Made by a program: the position numbers and the translations under genes
In this document: piece by piece, positions 1 to 11,659 of the stretch
Layout of the letters: each line of letters begins with the position of its first letter
Numbering within the stretch: the stretch's first letter is position 1
Assembly (NCBI RefSeq): GCF_006345805.1
Contig: NC_043009.1
Span: 12,462,001 to 12,526,000 of the forward strand
Direction: 5' to 3'
Length of the DNA stretch: 64,000 nt
Source: Octopus sinensis
Lineage: Eukaryota
The notes under the pieces: model-generated
Databases searched by the model: none
The model's input: only the letters and a program-made list of their open reading frames with translations
Told to the model about the DNA's origin: nothing

Positions 1-437
1 CGGCCTTGTGCGAAATTTTGAAACCAATATTTTTTACATGCTTCCACAAAGACCGTCATATTTAATTTCCTCAAGTGTATAGACGAAATCAGCACCCGCA
101 TGGAAATGAAAGCCGGTTCCAATAAATTGCTCACACATCTTGCCGTGGCACGAAATATGGAATTATGACTAAGGCAATTTTTTAACATGAAAAATTGCTT
201 AATTTCAACCTTATTTTCATACATCTTTAACCTTACTTTTTGACTGTATCGACAGATTTTGACCTCATTTTAACTTAATTATTCTTAGCAAATCCATAAA
301 CATTAAAGTTTCCTATAAATCCAATTCTTTGCAGATTGAGATTACTGATGGATATATTCATACACATACACACATACGTGTGTGTGTGTGTGTTTGTGTG
401 TGTAATTTCTTTTTCTAATAAACGAATTCAATTTTTA

Positions 438-1004
438 TTGGGTTGTCCGGAAAGTTCGTGCCGATTTATAGTAGCTTAAATTTCGACTTATTTTAGAACA
501 TGGTTGAGTCCATAAAATAGGATTTGACTACACCTCCATTTAGAGCACAGTTTAAGCTATCTTTTCGTGGAAGAAGGTTTATATTCCTTATAACCTGTGT
601 TAATTCTGTAACCCTTTAAAATAGAAGATAAGAAAGTTAATTTTCTGCACTTGATGCTTTGGGAACCAGACAAAAATTGCTGCAGCTCGGCTGGGATGTG
701 TTACCCCACACTCCATATTCACCAGATATTGCTCCTTCGGATTTCCACTTATTCAGGTCTCTGCAGAATAGTCATAATGGTAAAAATTTCAATTCCTTGC
801 ATGATGTAAAAAGATACTTTGATGAATTCTTTGCCCTGAAACCACCTCAATTCAGGTAAGAGGGTATTTTCAAGTTAAAAGAAAGATGGAGACGCATTGT
901 GCAACAAAATGCTTCATATTTGGTTGATTAAAAATGTAATGGCAAGTATTTATTGACCTTTTTCTTTCCTTTAAAAATCGGCACGAACTTTCCGGACCAC
1001 CCAA
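438..1004 (+). mobile_element. Internally deleted mariner element (567 bp)
   Basis: 30-bp TIRs (ttgggttgtccggaaagttcgtgccgattt, 438-467 and 975-1004, 1 mismatch) with TA on both sides. ORF 659-859 has the mariner YSPDIAPSDFHLF motif, followed after a stop by EGIFKLKERWRRIVQQN. Confidence 0.95.
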
Positions 1005-1099
1005 TAGAATGGTGAGTCACTGAAATACAGTGCAGTACTAATTACATGCATAGTATTGTTTATTCTTTTAGCAGAAACACCATCATCTGGTGCCTCTTT

Positions 1100-1900
1100 T
1101 TAAGGAACCACTTTAATTCCATTTAGCATTGATCACAGCTAGGGAGAAGATATTCTTCAATGACAAGCGTTTCAAATACAACAGGCAAGGGAGGGTTTAT
1201 ATTCTCTGGAAATTTAACATGCTGTCTGTCAGATATTTTTACTAATATTCCGTTCTGTTTGTGCTATGTGACATATAATCTTATTCCCTTCCTGATCCAA
1301 ATTTCGTCTGAAACCGCTAAGTGTTTCCCATGTGTCGTATTGGCTCTTTGTTGATCATACGAAGTGCTGCGAATTGCATTTCATGCAGTGGGGAGGCTGT
1401 TTTCACCTCAGAAAAGATGGGTTACTCTTTATATAAAATGAGTTCTTCCTCAACGAAGAGCATCACCTTTTCGTATGAGACACTCTCGTGATGTTTTATG
1501 GCCTTTTCGGTTTGTTCTTTCGTTCTTTTGCCATATATATTTTCTTTATTTGTACAAAAAAGTCTGCCTTTTCCCTTGGCTTCACTCTGCTCTCCATTCT
1601 GATCGGTCAATGGAAGTAATACTGTTACGAAGAGGTAATTCCTATCTGTTTAAGTCTTGCAGCTTTTGTTGCCGAGTGTGACTCAATGTCTCCGCTGGTT
1701 TGGGCTGACAGAGATGTTCGTGAGTTTTCTGATTAATTCATGATAATAAGGACAGACAGTTTTTTTTCATTTTTCTCTTTTTTTTTTGACGATTCCATAG
1801 ATGTATTCGGTACCGCCTTGGGATTAACAACCGATTTGTTGTCGTTGCTGCTTTTGATCAGTTAATCATTCTGAGCAGGAAACTCTTAGATGGCTTTTAC
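1100..1900 (-). mobile_element. Highly degenerate LINE fragment, possibly R4/Dong-type pre-RT region
   Basis: Broken minus-strand frames read ATKAARLKQ...GRLFCTNK, resembling the R4/Dong motif xxKAxRLxRY...QNxLFxTN; many stops and frameshifts. Confidence 0.3.
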
Positions 1901-2444
1901 CTCCAGATGTATAGCAGCTGGGTTTTCTATCCTGGATACTGAGTTTCAAAGCCTACCTCTCATCAGCATTTACAGACACAATTCTGATATTGCATTGTGG
2001 TCTTACGATGTCGTAAGAACTTATCAAGATATGACGCCACAGGACCAAATACCACCAGAAGTTACGATGGTACTAATCCTCTGCCTATTATATGAGGCCA
2101 CGAAAATGACGAGTCAGGAATCGACTTCGTCGCCAGTGTCGCTGACCGAATCCATTGTGTTTCTTCTTCACAAATAGAGCGGAACTGGTTTATGGGCAGA
2201 TGTGTCTCAGTCAATTTATTCTTGCCTTTTGGCTCCGTCTTCTTTTACAGACATTTATACCATATAACCTTCCACGTGAACGATATATCTCACTTAACAT
2301 ATCTGCCAATGCTGTCTCAAACTCATTCTTGGATAAAACAAGGAAAGAATGTAAAGATTGCAAATGCTGCTAAGCATTTTCTCCGATACGACCATCAGGC
2401 TGTAAGCGCGCTATTTTCATGATGAAGATGATAATGATGGGGAT

Positions 2445-2511
2445 TAATAATAATAATAAAAATAATAATAACAACAACAACAACAACAACAACAACAATA
2501 ATAATAATATA

Positions 2512-2566
<55 letters not shown>

Positions 2567-2568
2567 AA
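2445..2568 (+). repeat. (AAT)n/(AAC)n microsatellite
   Basis: Direct reading. Confidence 0.95.
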
Positions 2569-3124
2569 ATGCCCTGATGCAGTACCAGGCAGTGGCTCTC
2601 GTGGTTTCTGATATTAACTGATTGGAAGTGTTATCATGTACATTGTTTTGTCTTGGTATAAAAGATGGGCTACAGCAAATATTCTGCTCAATACCACAGA
2701 TTTACTTGTCCGTTGTTTGACCTTAACCAGTTGAGCATGTCCCTTAGTGGCTGACGATATGTGCATCTCTGATCACGAGCAGAAGTAGTGGGGGAGCATC
2801 GTAGCCATGTGTTGAAAGGAATTCTTAAAGGTTTGGATAATTCACCTTTGGAAACATGGGTGGTTCGTTCAATATCCTTAAACAATCCTTATTCAGAGAC
2901 CTTTTGAGCGGAATTGGCTACTCGACCAGAAGAAAATTCTAACTGGGTCCTACCTGCAAGGTCATGTGCTGTTTATCTTGATATGAGATCACCATGTCGC
3001 GCACACATGGTTGTGATGCATGTGCCTGATGTACCCTTATCAGACGAGTAGTCATGATGGGTATACTGGGCTTCGTATATTTTACTCCAGTGTTACTTTG
3101 ATGGCATGCACTGCTCTCTCACTC
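2569..3124. mobile_element. Unclassified 556-bp interspersed repeat between two (AAT)n tracts
   Basis: Its internal block (aaatattctgctcaataccacagattt...agcatgtcccttagtgg...gagcagaagta) recurs at ~52777-52930 and partly at ~54050-54140; no coding signature. Confidence 0.65.
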
Positions 3125-3146
3125 AATAATAATAACAATAATAATG

Positions 3147-3202
<56 letters not shown>

Positions 3203-3273
3203 TAATAATAATAATAATATTTAATAAAAACAATAAACAAGAAAAAGAAAAACAAGGGGAAGAAGAAGAAGAA

Positions 3274-3357
<84 letters not shown>

Positions 3358-3552
3358 GCAGACAAACGGATGGACAGACAGACAGGCAGGCAGGCAGGCA
3401 AGTGGTAGGTAGGTAGGTAGGTAGGTAGGTAGATAGGTAGGTAGGTAAGTAGGTAGGTTGGTAGGTAGGTAGGTAGGTAGGTAGGTGGGTAGGTAGGAAT
3501 AGGCAGACAGATGGATGGATGGATGGATGGATGGATGGATGGATGGATGGAT
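3125..3552 (+). repeat. Compound microsatellite (AAT)-(GAA)-(GAT)-(GATA)-(GGCA)-(GGTA)-(GGAT)
   Basis: Direct reading. Confidence 0.95.
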
Positions 3553-3651
3553 CAGGAAAGGTGAGAGGACGATTGACTTTTGAAGAAAGACTGCTGTTTA
3601 TTCTAGTTCGAAGAATAATGGTAAGATATATATAAATGGTTAAAGACGTAC

Positions 3652-3798
3652 TAAGATCATTCCGCGATGTTTTGGACCAAATTCCTTTCATATGACAAGT
3701 TGTGTTCATTTTTCCACATTCATAATTCCAGTAACTATCCACATAAGCTCCGTTGCTTATAGTTAAGTTGACAAGATACGGGTGTCTGCATGAAAAGC
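3652..3798 (-). CDS. Host gene coding exon 3: Sushi/CCP-like module
   Basis: Acceptor ttttttaacag|gc, phase 1, matching exon 2. Reads GFSCRHPYLVNLTISNGAYVDSYWNYECGKMNTTCHMKGIWSKTSRNDL (C..P, Y.C, C...G.WS pattern). Putative donor a|gtacgt makes a 147-nt phase 1-1 exon; the 3' boundary is less certain. Confidence 0.7.
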
Positions 3799-4084
3799 CT
3801 GTTAAAAAATAGAACTTCGAATTGTGATGAAAAGATCCCTCAAATCTATTTATTAATGCATAATTAACATGAACACAGGCATGGAATATTAATAAGTTCA
3901 CTTCGCAACCATTTTAATCCAAAGTCTATCCAACTTCGAATCATATTTGGTAAGTATTTTCTACTATTGCCATTTATAAATCAACACCATGTTAGTGGAA
4001 TTTACAAGACGAAAAGGCCCGGCTGTTTCATATTTTAGTTATACATGCAAAGATACATACAAATATATATATATATATATATAT

Positions 4085-4297
4085 ACTCTTTTACTCTTTT
4101 ACTTGTTTCAGTCATTTGACTGCAGCCATGCTGGAGCACCGCCTTTTTAGTCGATCAACTCGACCCCGGGTCTTATTCTTTGTAAGCCCAGTACTTATTC
4201 TATCGGTCTCTTTTTGCCGAACCGCTAATTGACGGGGACGTAAACACACCAGCATCGGTTGTCAGGCTATGCTAGAGGGACAAACACAGACACACAA

Positions 4298-4328
<31 letters not shown>

Positions 4329-4498
4329 CATATATACGACAAGCTTCTTTCAGTTTCCGTCTACCAAATCCACTCACAAGACATTGATCGGCCCGGGGCT
4401 ATAGCAAAAGACACTTGCCCAAGATGCCACGCAGTGGGACTGAACCAGCAACCATGTGGTTGGTTAGCAGCTACTTACCACACAGCCACTCCTTCGCC
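4085..4498 (-). mobile_element. SINE family A (tRNA head, CORE-like ccttgggcaagtgtctt block, central microsatellite, (aaagagt)n tail)
   Basis: Full-length copy of the family also at 5085, 7548, 13010, 17857, 20405, 32695 and 62215. Confidence 0.9.
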
Positions 4499-4521
4499 TA
4501 TATATATATATATATAATATA

Positions 4522-4572
<51 letters not shown>

Positions 4573-4636
4573 ATATATATATAAATATATTATATAATAT
4601 ATAATATATATATTATATATATATATATATATATAT
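4499..4636. repeat. (TA)n microsatellite
   Basis: Direct reading. Confidence 0.95.
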
Positions 4637-4775
4637 GTTTCGACTCATGCGTTTTCATATATAAATATATATGACCGTGATCATCATCATCAGCATCATC
4701 ACCTCGTCTTTTCGTTTGCTGTTTTGTTTTCGTTACTGCTTCAGTTCGTCCCGTTGGCCTGGCGATGGAGTAACT

Positions 4776-4994
4776 CTATGAAATTTGAATTCTTAGAGGC
4801 GGGAAGTCTTCAGCCATAGAACTGCATAAAAAATTAACGTTTAGAAAGTTGTTTCATTTCCCACCTAAAATCACATTCCACTTACCTTTTATTGGGTTCG
4901 CTGTCGAAGCCAAAGCAGTTTTTACAATTAATGCGTATTTTTACTTCAAAACAAAATTTTAGAAGATAATTATTCTTTTTCCCCCACGTTTTAT
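4776..4994 (-). CDS. Candidate alternative terminal exon pair (4994-4886, 4821-4776) of the host gene
   Basis: Pyrimidine-rich acceptor at 4995; open only in the phase supplied by exon 2 (DKTWGKKNNYLLKFCFEVKIRINCKNCFGFDSEPNK); strong donor ag|gtaagt; 64-nt intron ending ttttttatgcag; stop after SSMAEDFPPLRIQIS. No recognisable domain. Confidence 0.3.
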
Positions 4995-5084
4995 CTTCAA
5001 AAGGACAAGAAACAAAGTAAAACTTTGCCTAAAATAATTAGACTTTTGCAAAAAGAAGAAAAAAAGAAAAAATATTTAGATGAT

Positions 5085-5520
5085 GCGCAGGCGTGGCTGT
5101 GTGGTAAGAAGCTTGCTTCACAATGACATGGTTCTGGGTTCAGTCCCACTGTGTGGCACCTTGGGCAAGTGTCTTCCACTATAGCCTCGGGCCGACCAAA
5201 GCTTTCTGTGTGGATTTGGAAGACGGAAACCGAAAGGAGCCCATTGTGTGTGTGTGTGCGTGCGTGTGTGTGTGTGCATGTGTGTGAGCGTGTATGCATG
5301 TGTGTGTGTTTGTCTTTGTGTCTGTCCCCCCCCCCATCACTGCATGACAACTGGTGTTGGTGTGTTGACGTCCCTGTAAATTGCTGGTTTGGCAAAAAAA
5401 CGACAGAATAAGTACGAGGCTTTTAAAAAATAAGTCCTCGGGTCCATTTGTTCGACTAAAATCTTTCAGGGCTGTACCCCAGCATGGCCGCAGTCAAATG
5501 ACGGAAACAAGTCAAAGATG
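5085..5520 (+). mobile_element. SINE family A
   Basis: gcaggcgtggctgtgtggtaagaagcttgc head through cagcatggccgcagtcaaatgac tail. Confidence 0.9.
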
Positions 5521-5614
5521 GTTGTTAATCGCTGATTGTACATTTTAGATGACAAAACCAAAATACTGGAACCAAAAAAGCGATATATATATATATAATA
5601 ATATATATATATAT

Positions 5615-5648
<34 letters not shown>

Positions 5649-6344
5649 CACTCACTCATCCAACCTGCCAAAATAACGACAAAATCTCCCTCAAATCACA
5701 CATATCTTTCTATATGAAAGAGAGCTAGACATGGTTTGTGTGACATGTTGAGAAATATAGTCTTAGATATATTATGCCTGAAAGAAAATATGACATGAGC
5801 ATAACTGGAATGTCATTAATCATAGACCTGTTTGATCAAGACTGACCTGGTGTTAAACAGCAATGCCAGTAAGAGGTGTAACAAGCCAGTTGTCGGTTTT
5901 AAATCTGATTAATTTTAAAGTGCGGAAAAAAATTCCTTGAAACTTACCACAACTTGTTGTGGGCTTCGACCAAATCCCTGTCAACTTACAAAATGAATGT
6001 ATCATTCGTTCAGTCTGATTCGACAAGCAGCTATACTTCACAGTGTTCGTAGATTGGTAACTGATCACTGCTGAGTTCTCCTGGCGTGGCAAACCACAGT
6101 TGATATCTAGGACATTGGGTAATTGTAAAAAAAAATGTGGATTAATTGTTATTACTAAATGTTGTGATTGTTTACTTTTAATCTGCATGTTTGTTACAAA
6201 CACTTTCCGAGATACACCCAGCATCCTAAGGCAAGTGAAGGTTAAGAGATGTGACAGTATGACTGAAAGCTTGGGGAGGGGAAGTGGAAGGGTCAGTAGT
6301 GAAATATCTTCATGCAATACAACACAGACATTTAAATTGATCGG

Positions 6345-6775
6345 GTTTTGCTAAGGATGTGGGAGGTACTTGTCAGCACAATCTTATGAATTTCTCTGAG
6401 ACATGGTTCTCCTGGGATGTTATCTAGATGTTTCTGATATCTTTTTTATCATGCCTAGGGCACCTACAATATCAGGAACAGTTCTTGCTTTAAGATGCCA
6501 CAACTTTTGTATTTCAATTTCCAGGTCCTTATATTTACTTAATTTGTGAAATTCCTTTACAGATGTATTTTTATCAGTGGGAACTCTGATATCTATAAGT
6601 CTACAAGTATTTTCTCCCAAGTCTTTAATAATTATGTCTGGTCAATAAGCCTGGATTGTTCTGTAGGTGCTGACTGGAAAATCTCAGAGGATATTAACAT
6701 TTTTATCTTCAATGACTGGCTCAGGATGATGTTCATACCAATAAGCAGGAGTGCCGAAATACTATACTAATCTAT
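6345..6775 (-). mobile_element. R4/Dong-type LINE 3' fragment, restriction-like endonuclease domain
   Basis: Reads WYEHHPEPVIEDKNVNIL*DF...PDIIIKD...CRLIDIRVPTDKN..KEFHKLSKYKDLEIEIQKLW...VPDIVGALG with in-frame stops. Confidence 0.9.
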
Positions 6776-6795
6776 CGTATCCTATCGTGGAGATT

Positions 6796-6810
6796 TTATT
6801 ATTATTATTA

Positions 6811-6871
<61 letters not shown>

Positions 6872-6899
6872 CATTATTATTATTATTATTATTATTATT
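6796..6899 (-). repeat. (AAT)n tail/target tract
   Basis: Direct reading. Confidence 0.95.
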
Positions 6900-7229
6900 T
6901 ATGGGTTTTTCTTCTTCTTTCAAATTTGCTTCCATTTCTTGCCGAGTTCTCCCGACTCCTAGGGCAAAGAAACTCATAGTATACATTGGTAGGCCATTAA
7001 ACTAAACTCACTAGTTTCATTTTTTTTTTTTCGTTTCTTTTAAAGTTAAATTAAAATACATGGGTAGTAATAGTTCTCACATCGACAATGCTCTTCTCAA
7101 TACGTGTGATGTACCAGTTAAGACAATCTTTTGCACTTCTTGCAGGGATGGTAAGCCAGGCATCATTCTCATATAATTTTCGGTTCCCTTCTTGATCATT
7201 CCTAGTGCTCCTACGATCACTGGTATTGT
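6900..7229 (-). mobile_element. R4/Dong-type LINE extreme 3' end plus 3' UTR
   Basis: IPVIVGALGMIKKGTENYMRMMPGLPSLQEVQKIVLTGTSHVLRRALSM*, then a UTR running into (AAT)n; (AAT)n also at the 5' junction. Confidence 0.88.
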
Positions 7230-7237
7230 AATATTAA

Positions 7238-7273
<36 letters not shown>

Positions 7274-7298
7274 CATCATCATCATTATTATTATTATT

Positions 7299-7446
7299 GC
7301 CTTGCACAGCTTCTAATGCTGGAGATGTAATACGGTGTCAGCTGTTCACTACCAGTGTACTAAGGTAACACCCCTTATTTTTCGAGTGCCTTCCAGAGTA
7401 TTCGAACAGTTCCAAGCAGTACTGGTTTCTGCATATGCTCCATCCT
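7299..7446 (-). mobile_element. Short 3' end of a second R4/Dong-like subfamily
   Basis: MEHMQKPVLLGTVRILWKALEK* (cf. xQKxxLLGTARILRKVL), then a short UTR ending gcaaggc(aat)n; (AAT)n on both sides. Confidence 0.7.
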
Positions 7447-7470
7447 TTATTATTATTATTATTATTATTA

Positions 7471-7515
<45 letters not shown>

Positions 7516-7547
7516 ACAATATATTATTATATGATAACAATATATAA

Positions 7548-7870
7548 AAAAGCATGACTGTGGCTAAGAAGCTTGCTTCACAACCACGTGGTTTTTGGTT
7601 CAGTCCCACTGCGAGGCCCCTTGGACAATTTTCTTCTACTACAGCCCTGGGTCGACCAATTAGGAGGGGAAAGTGTGAGGAAGCTCGTCGTGTGTAAGTG
7701 TGTGCGTGTGCGTGTTTGTATCTCTGAGGTTGTGTTATAGTTGTACCCGCTTCCTGACGACCGCAACTCAGCAGTTCGATAAAAGAAACCGATAGAATAT
7801 GTACAAGATCAATGCCTTTTGATGCAGTGTGGCTGAAGTCAAATGGTTTAAGCAAATAAAAGATTAAAGA
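7548..7870 (+). mobile_element. SINE family A (degenerate)
   Basis: Family head, CORE-like block and tail recognisable. Confidence 0.75.
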
Positions 7871-7929
7871 TAATTGAATGTCAGTAACATAGTATATTAA
7901 ATGTCAACAATAGTGAAATAAAAAAGCAA

Positions 7930-8127
7930 AGTTGAAAAACATTTCGTGAAAGGCCTGGCTGGAGGTCTAACCTTCCATGTTCTTTTTACAGGGCTTAGAA
8001 AAACTGACGAACCCCCTGCAATGTGTGTGTGAATCTGAAGGGGAATATGTTGGATAAAATCATAATTAACTGATCCTCCTGTATTTTCTTTAATACAGAG
8101 CCAGGACCTTTTCTGCATGCCCTCGTA
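7930..8127 (+). mobile_element. Mariner-derived MITE (~220-bp family)
   Basis: Shares ttttacagggcttag...cataattaactgatcctcctg with the copies at 13995 and 57577; right TIR ends ...ccctcgta. Confidence 0.75.
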
Positions 8128-8630
8128 TTTTGTTAAATCTGTCCCAGTATATTACTGGTATTCATTCTTTTGGGCCTACAGATCCCTGTGCTATTTGTAC
8201 GCCTAACTACTGTTCTAATTCTTCAGCCATCTCTAACGCTTTTATATAAAGTAATATTGATTCTTTTTACTCTACACGGGACCACGTTTTATGCGGGAGT
8301 GAGTCGAGTTGAATGGATCGATATGCAGAATATTACAGATATATATTTCAAAAATGACTGATAGTCATTGTATTCAGACCTGAGCTCAGGTTCCATTGAA
8401 ACTGAATTTATCTGTCTCTCTGAGGTCGATTAAATAAATGTAGCAAATTCGTTCAATCAAATCCGTCTTACATTTTTGTAGTTACAAGATCATTCGTTTC
8501 GAAGGGGATTAGTCGACTTTGTCGAAATCAATACGTGTGTACGTGCGTGCGTGCGCGCATGTTTGCATACGTGTGTGTGTGTGTGTGTGTGTGTGTGTAG
8601 CGAACAACATGCTAAACGAATTTCAGTATA

Positions 8631-9152
8631 CCGTAAATCCTCGAGTATAATCCGCATTTTTTCCCCAAAATTTAAAGGTCAAAATCCCTAGTGCGTACTA
8701 TATACGAGGTTAAAAATGAAAAATATTTTCTAAGCAATATCCGAGTCTCTATTTGCTGTCCGGCAATGTTTATTCAGACGCATTTCATGATGTCAGACCC
8801 GAAAATCCCTTAAGCTAAGCCTGAAAGCAATGAAGTCATAAAAGAATCATCCATAAATTGCAGTAAGCAACATTTATTGAAATAAAAGTATTCAGAACAC
8901 AGAATAACATATAACAAAAACAGTTTGCAAACATATTTACATTCCCATATAACAGTTAAGAACATCACTATTATTGTATTACGCATGCGCGGAAGTTTTT
9001 GTTCGACTAGGTGCTGCTGGCTTAATTACGCACGACTCGAGTTAGAGAAGGGGTGCGTATTATACACAAGGTTTAGGTTTTTCAGAAGTACAGCCCCCTA
9101 AAAATCCCCCGCGTATTATACTCAAGAGCGCACTATACTCGAGGATTTACGG
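8631..9152. mobile_element. Tc1/mariner-superfamily (pogo/Tigger-like) MITE
   Basis: Perfect 19-bp TIRs ccgtaaatcctcgagtata, TA on both sides; second copy at 29997-30499. Confidence 0.9.
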
Positions 9153-9309
9153 TATGTAGTAACGTATCTTATTTACATCAGACACTGGACAAAACACAGC
9201 CTGCATTGATGGATGTAACACAACTATATGTACTATATCCCACCCGTAAGGGACAGATGCAGGATGATTCGAAACGACCGTTTTGCTGAATAGTTTTGCT
9301 AGATCCATT

Positions 9310-9480
9310 TCGTACAGCGGGTTCTAGGACCATATATACACCAGGATCGAGCAACCATAAAAGGAAACACCACCGCAAGACCCTGTGATTCGCTCCCCAC
9401 TTTTCTCTAAACGTCCGGACATGCGTAGATAAGATTTTTCATAGGCTGGTTGATAAGCATTTCATGCGATCACACAAATT
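9310..9480 (+). mobile_element. Penelope-like fragment (linker after RT)
   Basis: Near-copy of 10250-10410. Confidence 0.7.
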
Positions 9481-9785
9481 TGTATTATGTATATATCTAT
9501 ATGTATATTCTTTATCTTGTACAGAATGTATGATGGTGTTATTTCATTATTTCATTATTACTAACTTTATGGTTGTTAATGGGTTTCACTGTGTGTCGGT
9601 GTGAGTGCATGTAAAACCCTGAAGAAGATATATATCATCAGCCGAAATTGCGAGGATGATCCGGTTCTTGACTGAGGATAAAAAGCTTCGAATGACTCGT
9701 CCTTGGTTTTTGTATCGTCTATCTGGATGTTTTGTTGTCCCTTTTTGTATCACCTAGTTGTTCAGATGTTTTGCGTTCTTGTCCG

Positions 9786-9995
9786 CAATGGCCCAGTGGT
9801 TAAGGCAGCGGACTCGCGGTCGTAGGATCGCGGTTTCGATTCCCAGACCGGGCGTTGTGTGTGTTTATTGAGCGAAAACACCTAAAAGCTCCACGAGGCT
9901 CCGGCAGGGGGTGGTGATCCCTGCTGTACTCTTTCACCAAAGGCGGTGCTCCAGCATGGCCACAGTCACATGACTGAAACAAGTAAAAAGTAAAA
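9786..9995 (+). mobile_element. SINE family C head joined to a family A tail
   Basis: aatggcccagtggttaaggcagcggactcgcggtc head as at 19827 and 58330, followed by the family A 3' end. Confidence 0.75.
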
Positions 9996-9997
9996 GT

Positions 9998-10040
<43 letters not shown>

Positions 10041-10849
10041 ATATATATATATGTGTGTGTATGTATATATGTATATATGTATGTATAAAAAATCATACCA
10101 TACTGCAATCCGGTATCATACAGCCGCCTGCCACCCACCTATAGTGTTCAAAAACCTAATAAAAGGTATCAGTAAATGGATTTCGATCTTATCTCCAAAT
10201 AATGATATTTTCGACGCAGCGGCCCCCTTTTACAATGTGGCGCTAGCGGCCAGCGGGTTCAAGGACCATATACACACCGGGATCGAGCAACCATAAAAGG
10301 AAACGCCCCCGCAAGACCTTATGATTCGCTCCCCACTTCTCTCTAAACGACCGGACATGCGTAAAGATTTTTCTTAGGTTGGTTGATAAGCATTTCATGC
10401 GATCACACAAATATAGAAAGATCTTTTACAGATATAATTTAAGGATCTCTTTCAGTTGTTCACCCAGTGTTAAGAACAATTACTTAGCACTCCTACACCA
10501 CGGACAAAGGCAGCTTGTTCATGCAGGATTAGAAATGAATGCCCAGTAGACGGCCGATGTAACACCGAACTACAATGTACCAAGCAAAGGTAGCCTCAAA
10601 CAAGAGCAGCACAAATATCAGTAACATCAATGCCAACACAGGGACACACACTAAAATTTATGTCGGATCTTGTGAATCCAAAGTTAAAATTCTCCTGAAC
10701 AAACATTGATCTTCTTTCAGGGTTCCCAGAGAGACGCAATACAACGACACTCGCATCATATGTATGGCACCTAAAGGACGATCATACGCTATTTAGCGTC
10801 AGGTGGAAATTACTAGAAACTTGTGGACCCTATCGCAATGGAACTAGAC

Positions 10850-11335
10850 ATTTGCCATATTCTGAACGCCTTAGTTCCCTGGGCATGGACACATTGAAAC
10901 TCCGTTGTCTGGCAGCTGACTTGGAAGACACCCATAAAATTATTAACCATCTTGCCAATAATAACTCTGAACACCTTTTCAAACTCCACCTGTCTAACAT
11001 CTGTGGACATGTTTACAAAGTCAGAAAACAGCACAGCTACCATGACTTTCGGAAACATTTTTTCACGCTAAGAGTTGCTGAAGTAAGGAACAAACTGCCG
11101 GCATCAGTTGTTAGTTGTCAGAGCACTGCATCCTTCAAAACTTCCATGCTTCCTGAGATTCGCCAACAACTACACCTGATTTTCTCCCCTCCATACACAT
11201 GCAAGCATGTATCTGACTCATACACTGTTCGCTTTCCAGACATTTGTACATTACTGCATATAATTTATACGCACTTTTGACAAGTTGTGGTGCACCTGAG
11301 CGCTGTATACAATAATTTTATTATTATTATATATA
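10850..11335 (+). mobile_element. CR1-clade LINE 3' fragment
   Basis: YSERLSSLGMDTL...GHVYKV...RKHFFTLRVAEVRNKLP C-terminal CR1 signature, (TTA)n tail, agac duplicated at both ends. Confidence 0.9.
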
Positions 11336-11659
11336 AGACTATGTAAATTGTGTATGGCAAAATCTATATATAATCCTTATGAACTCACATGAGCCATGAG
11401 GTTACCTGAACTCCAGGATGGAAGCCGTGGGATGTTGTCCACATCTTCGGAAATCCTTACTCGAAAATATAATTTACTCCCTGATCAAAAACTGCAGTGT
11501 CTGCAGGATTACTCGTAACACACACATGGGTATTGAGGATAAATACGTGTTCACATTCGGCTGTATATTTCTGGAAGTGTTGGTTGAATATCGGTTATGC
11601 GATGACGCTTGATCGCGCACATATTTAATCCTAACACTCTCATAATTATATCTTGAAAT

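Noticed and set aside
60-190. Minus-strand open stretch FHISCHGKMCEQFIGTGF... as a fourth host exon
   Set aside because: No AG acceptor in the required phase, and in-frame stops immediately upstream.
2600-2630. Minus-strand resemblance to U2 snRNA stem IIa (atcagttaatatcaga)
   Set aside because: Only about 20 nt with mismatches and no flanking U2 sequence; likely chance.
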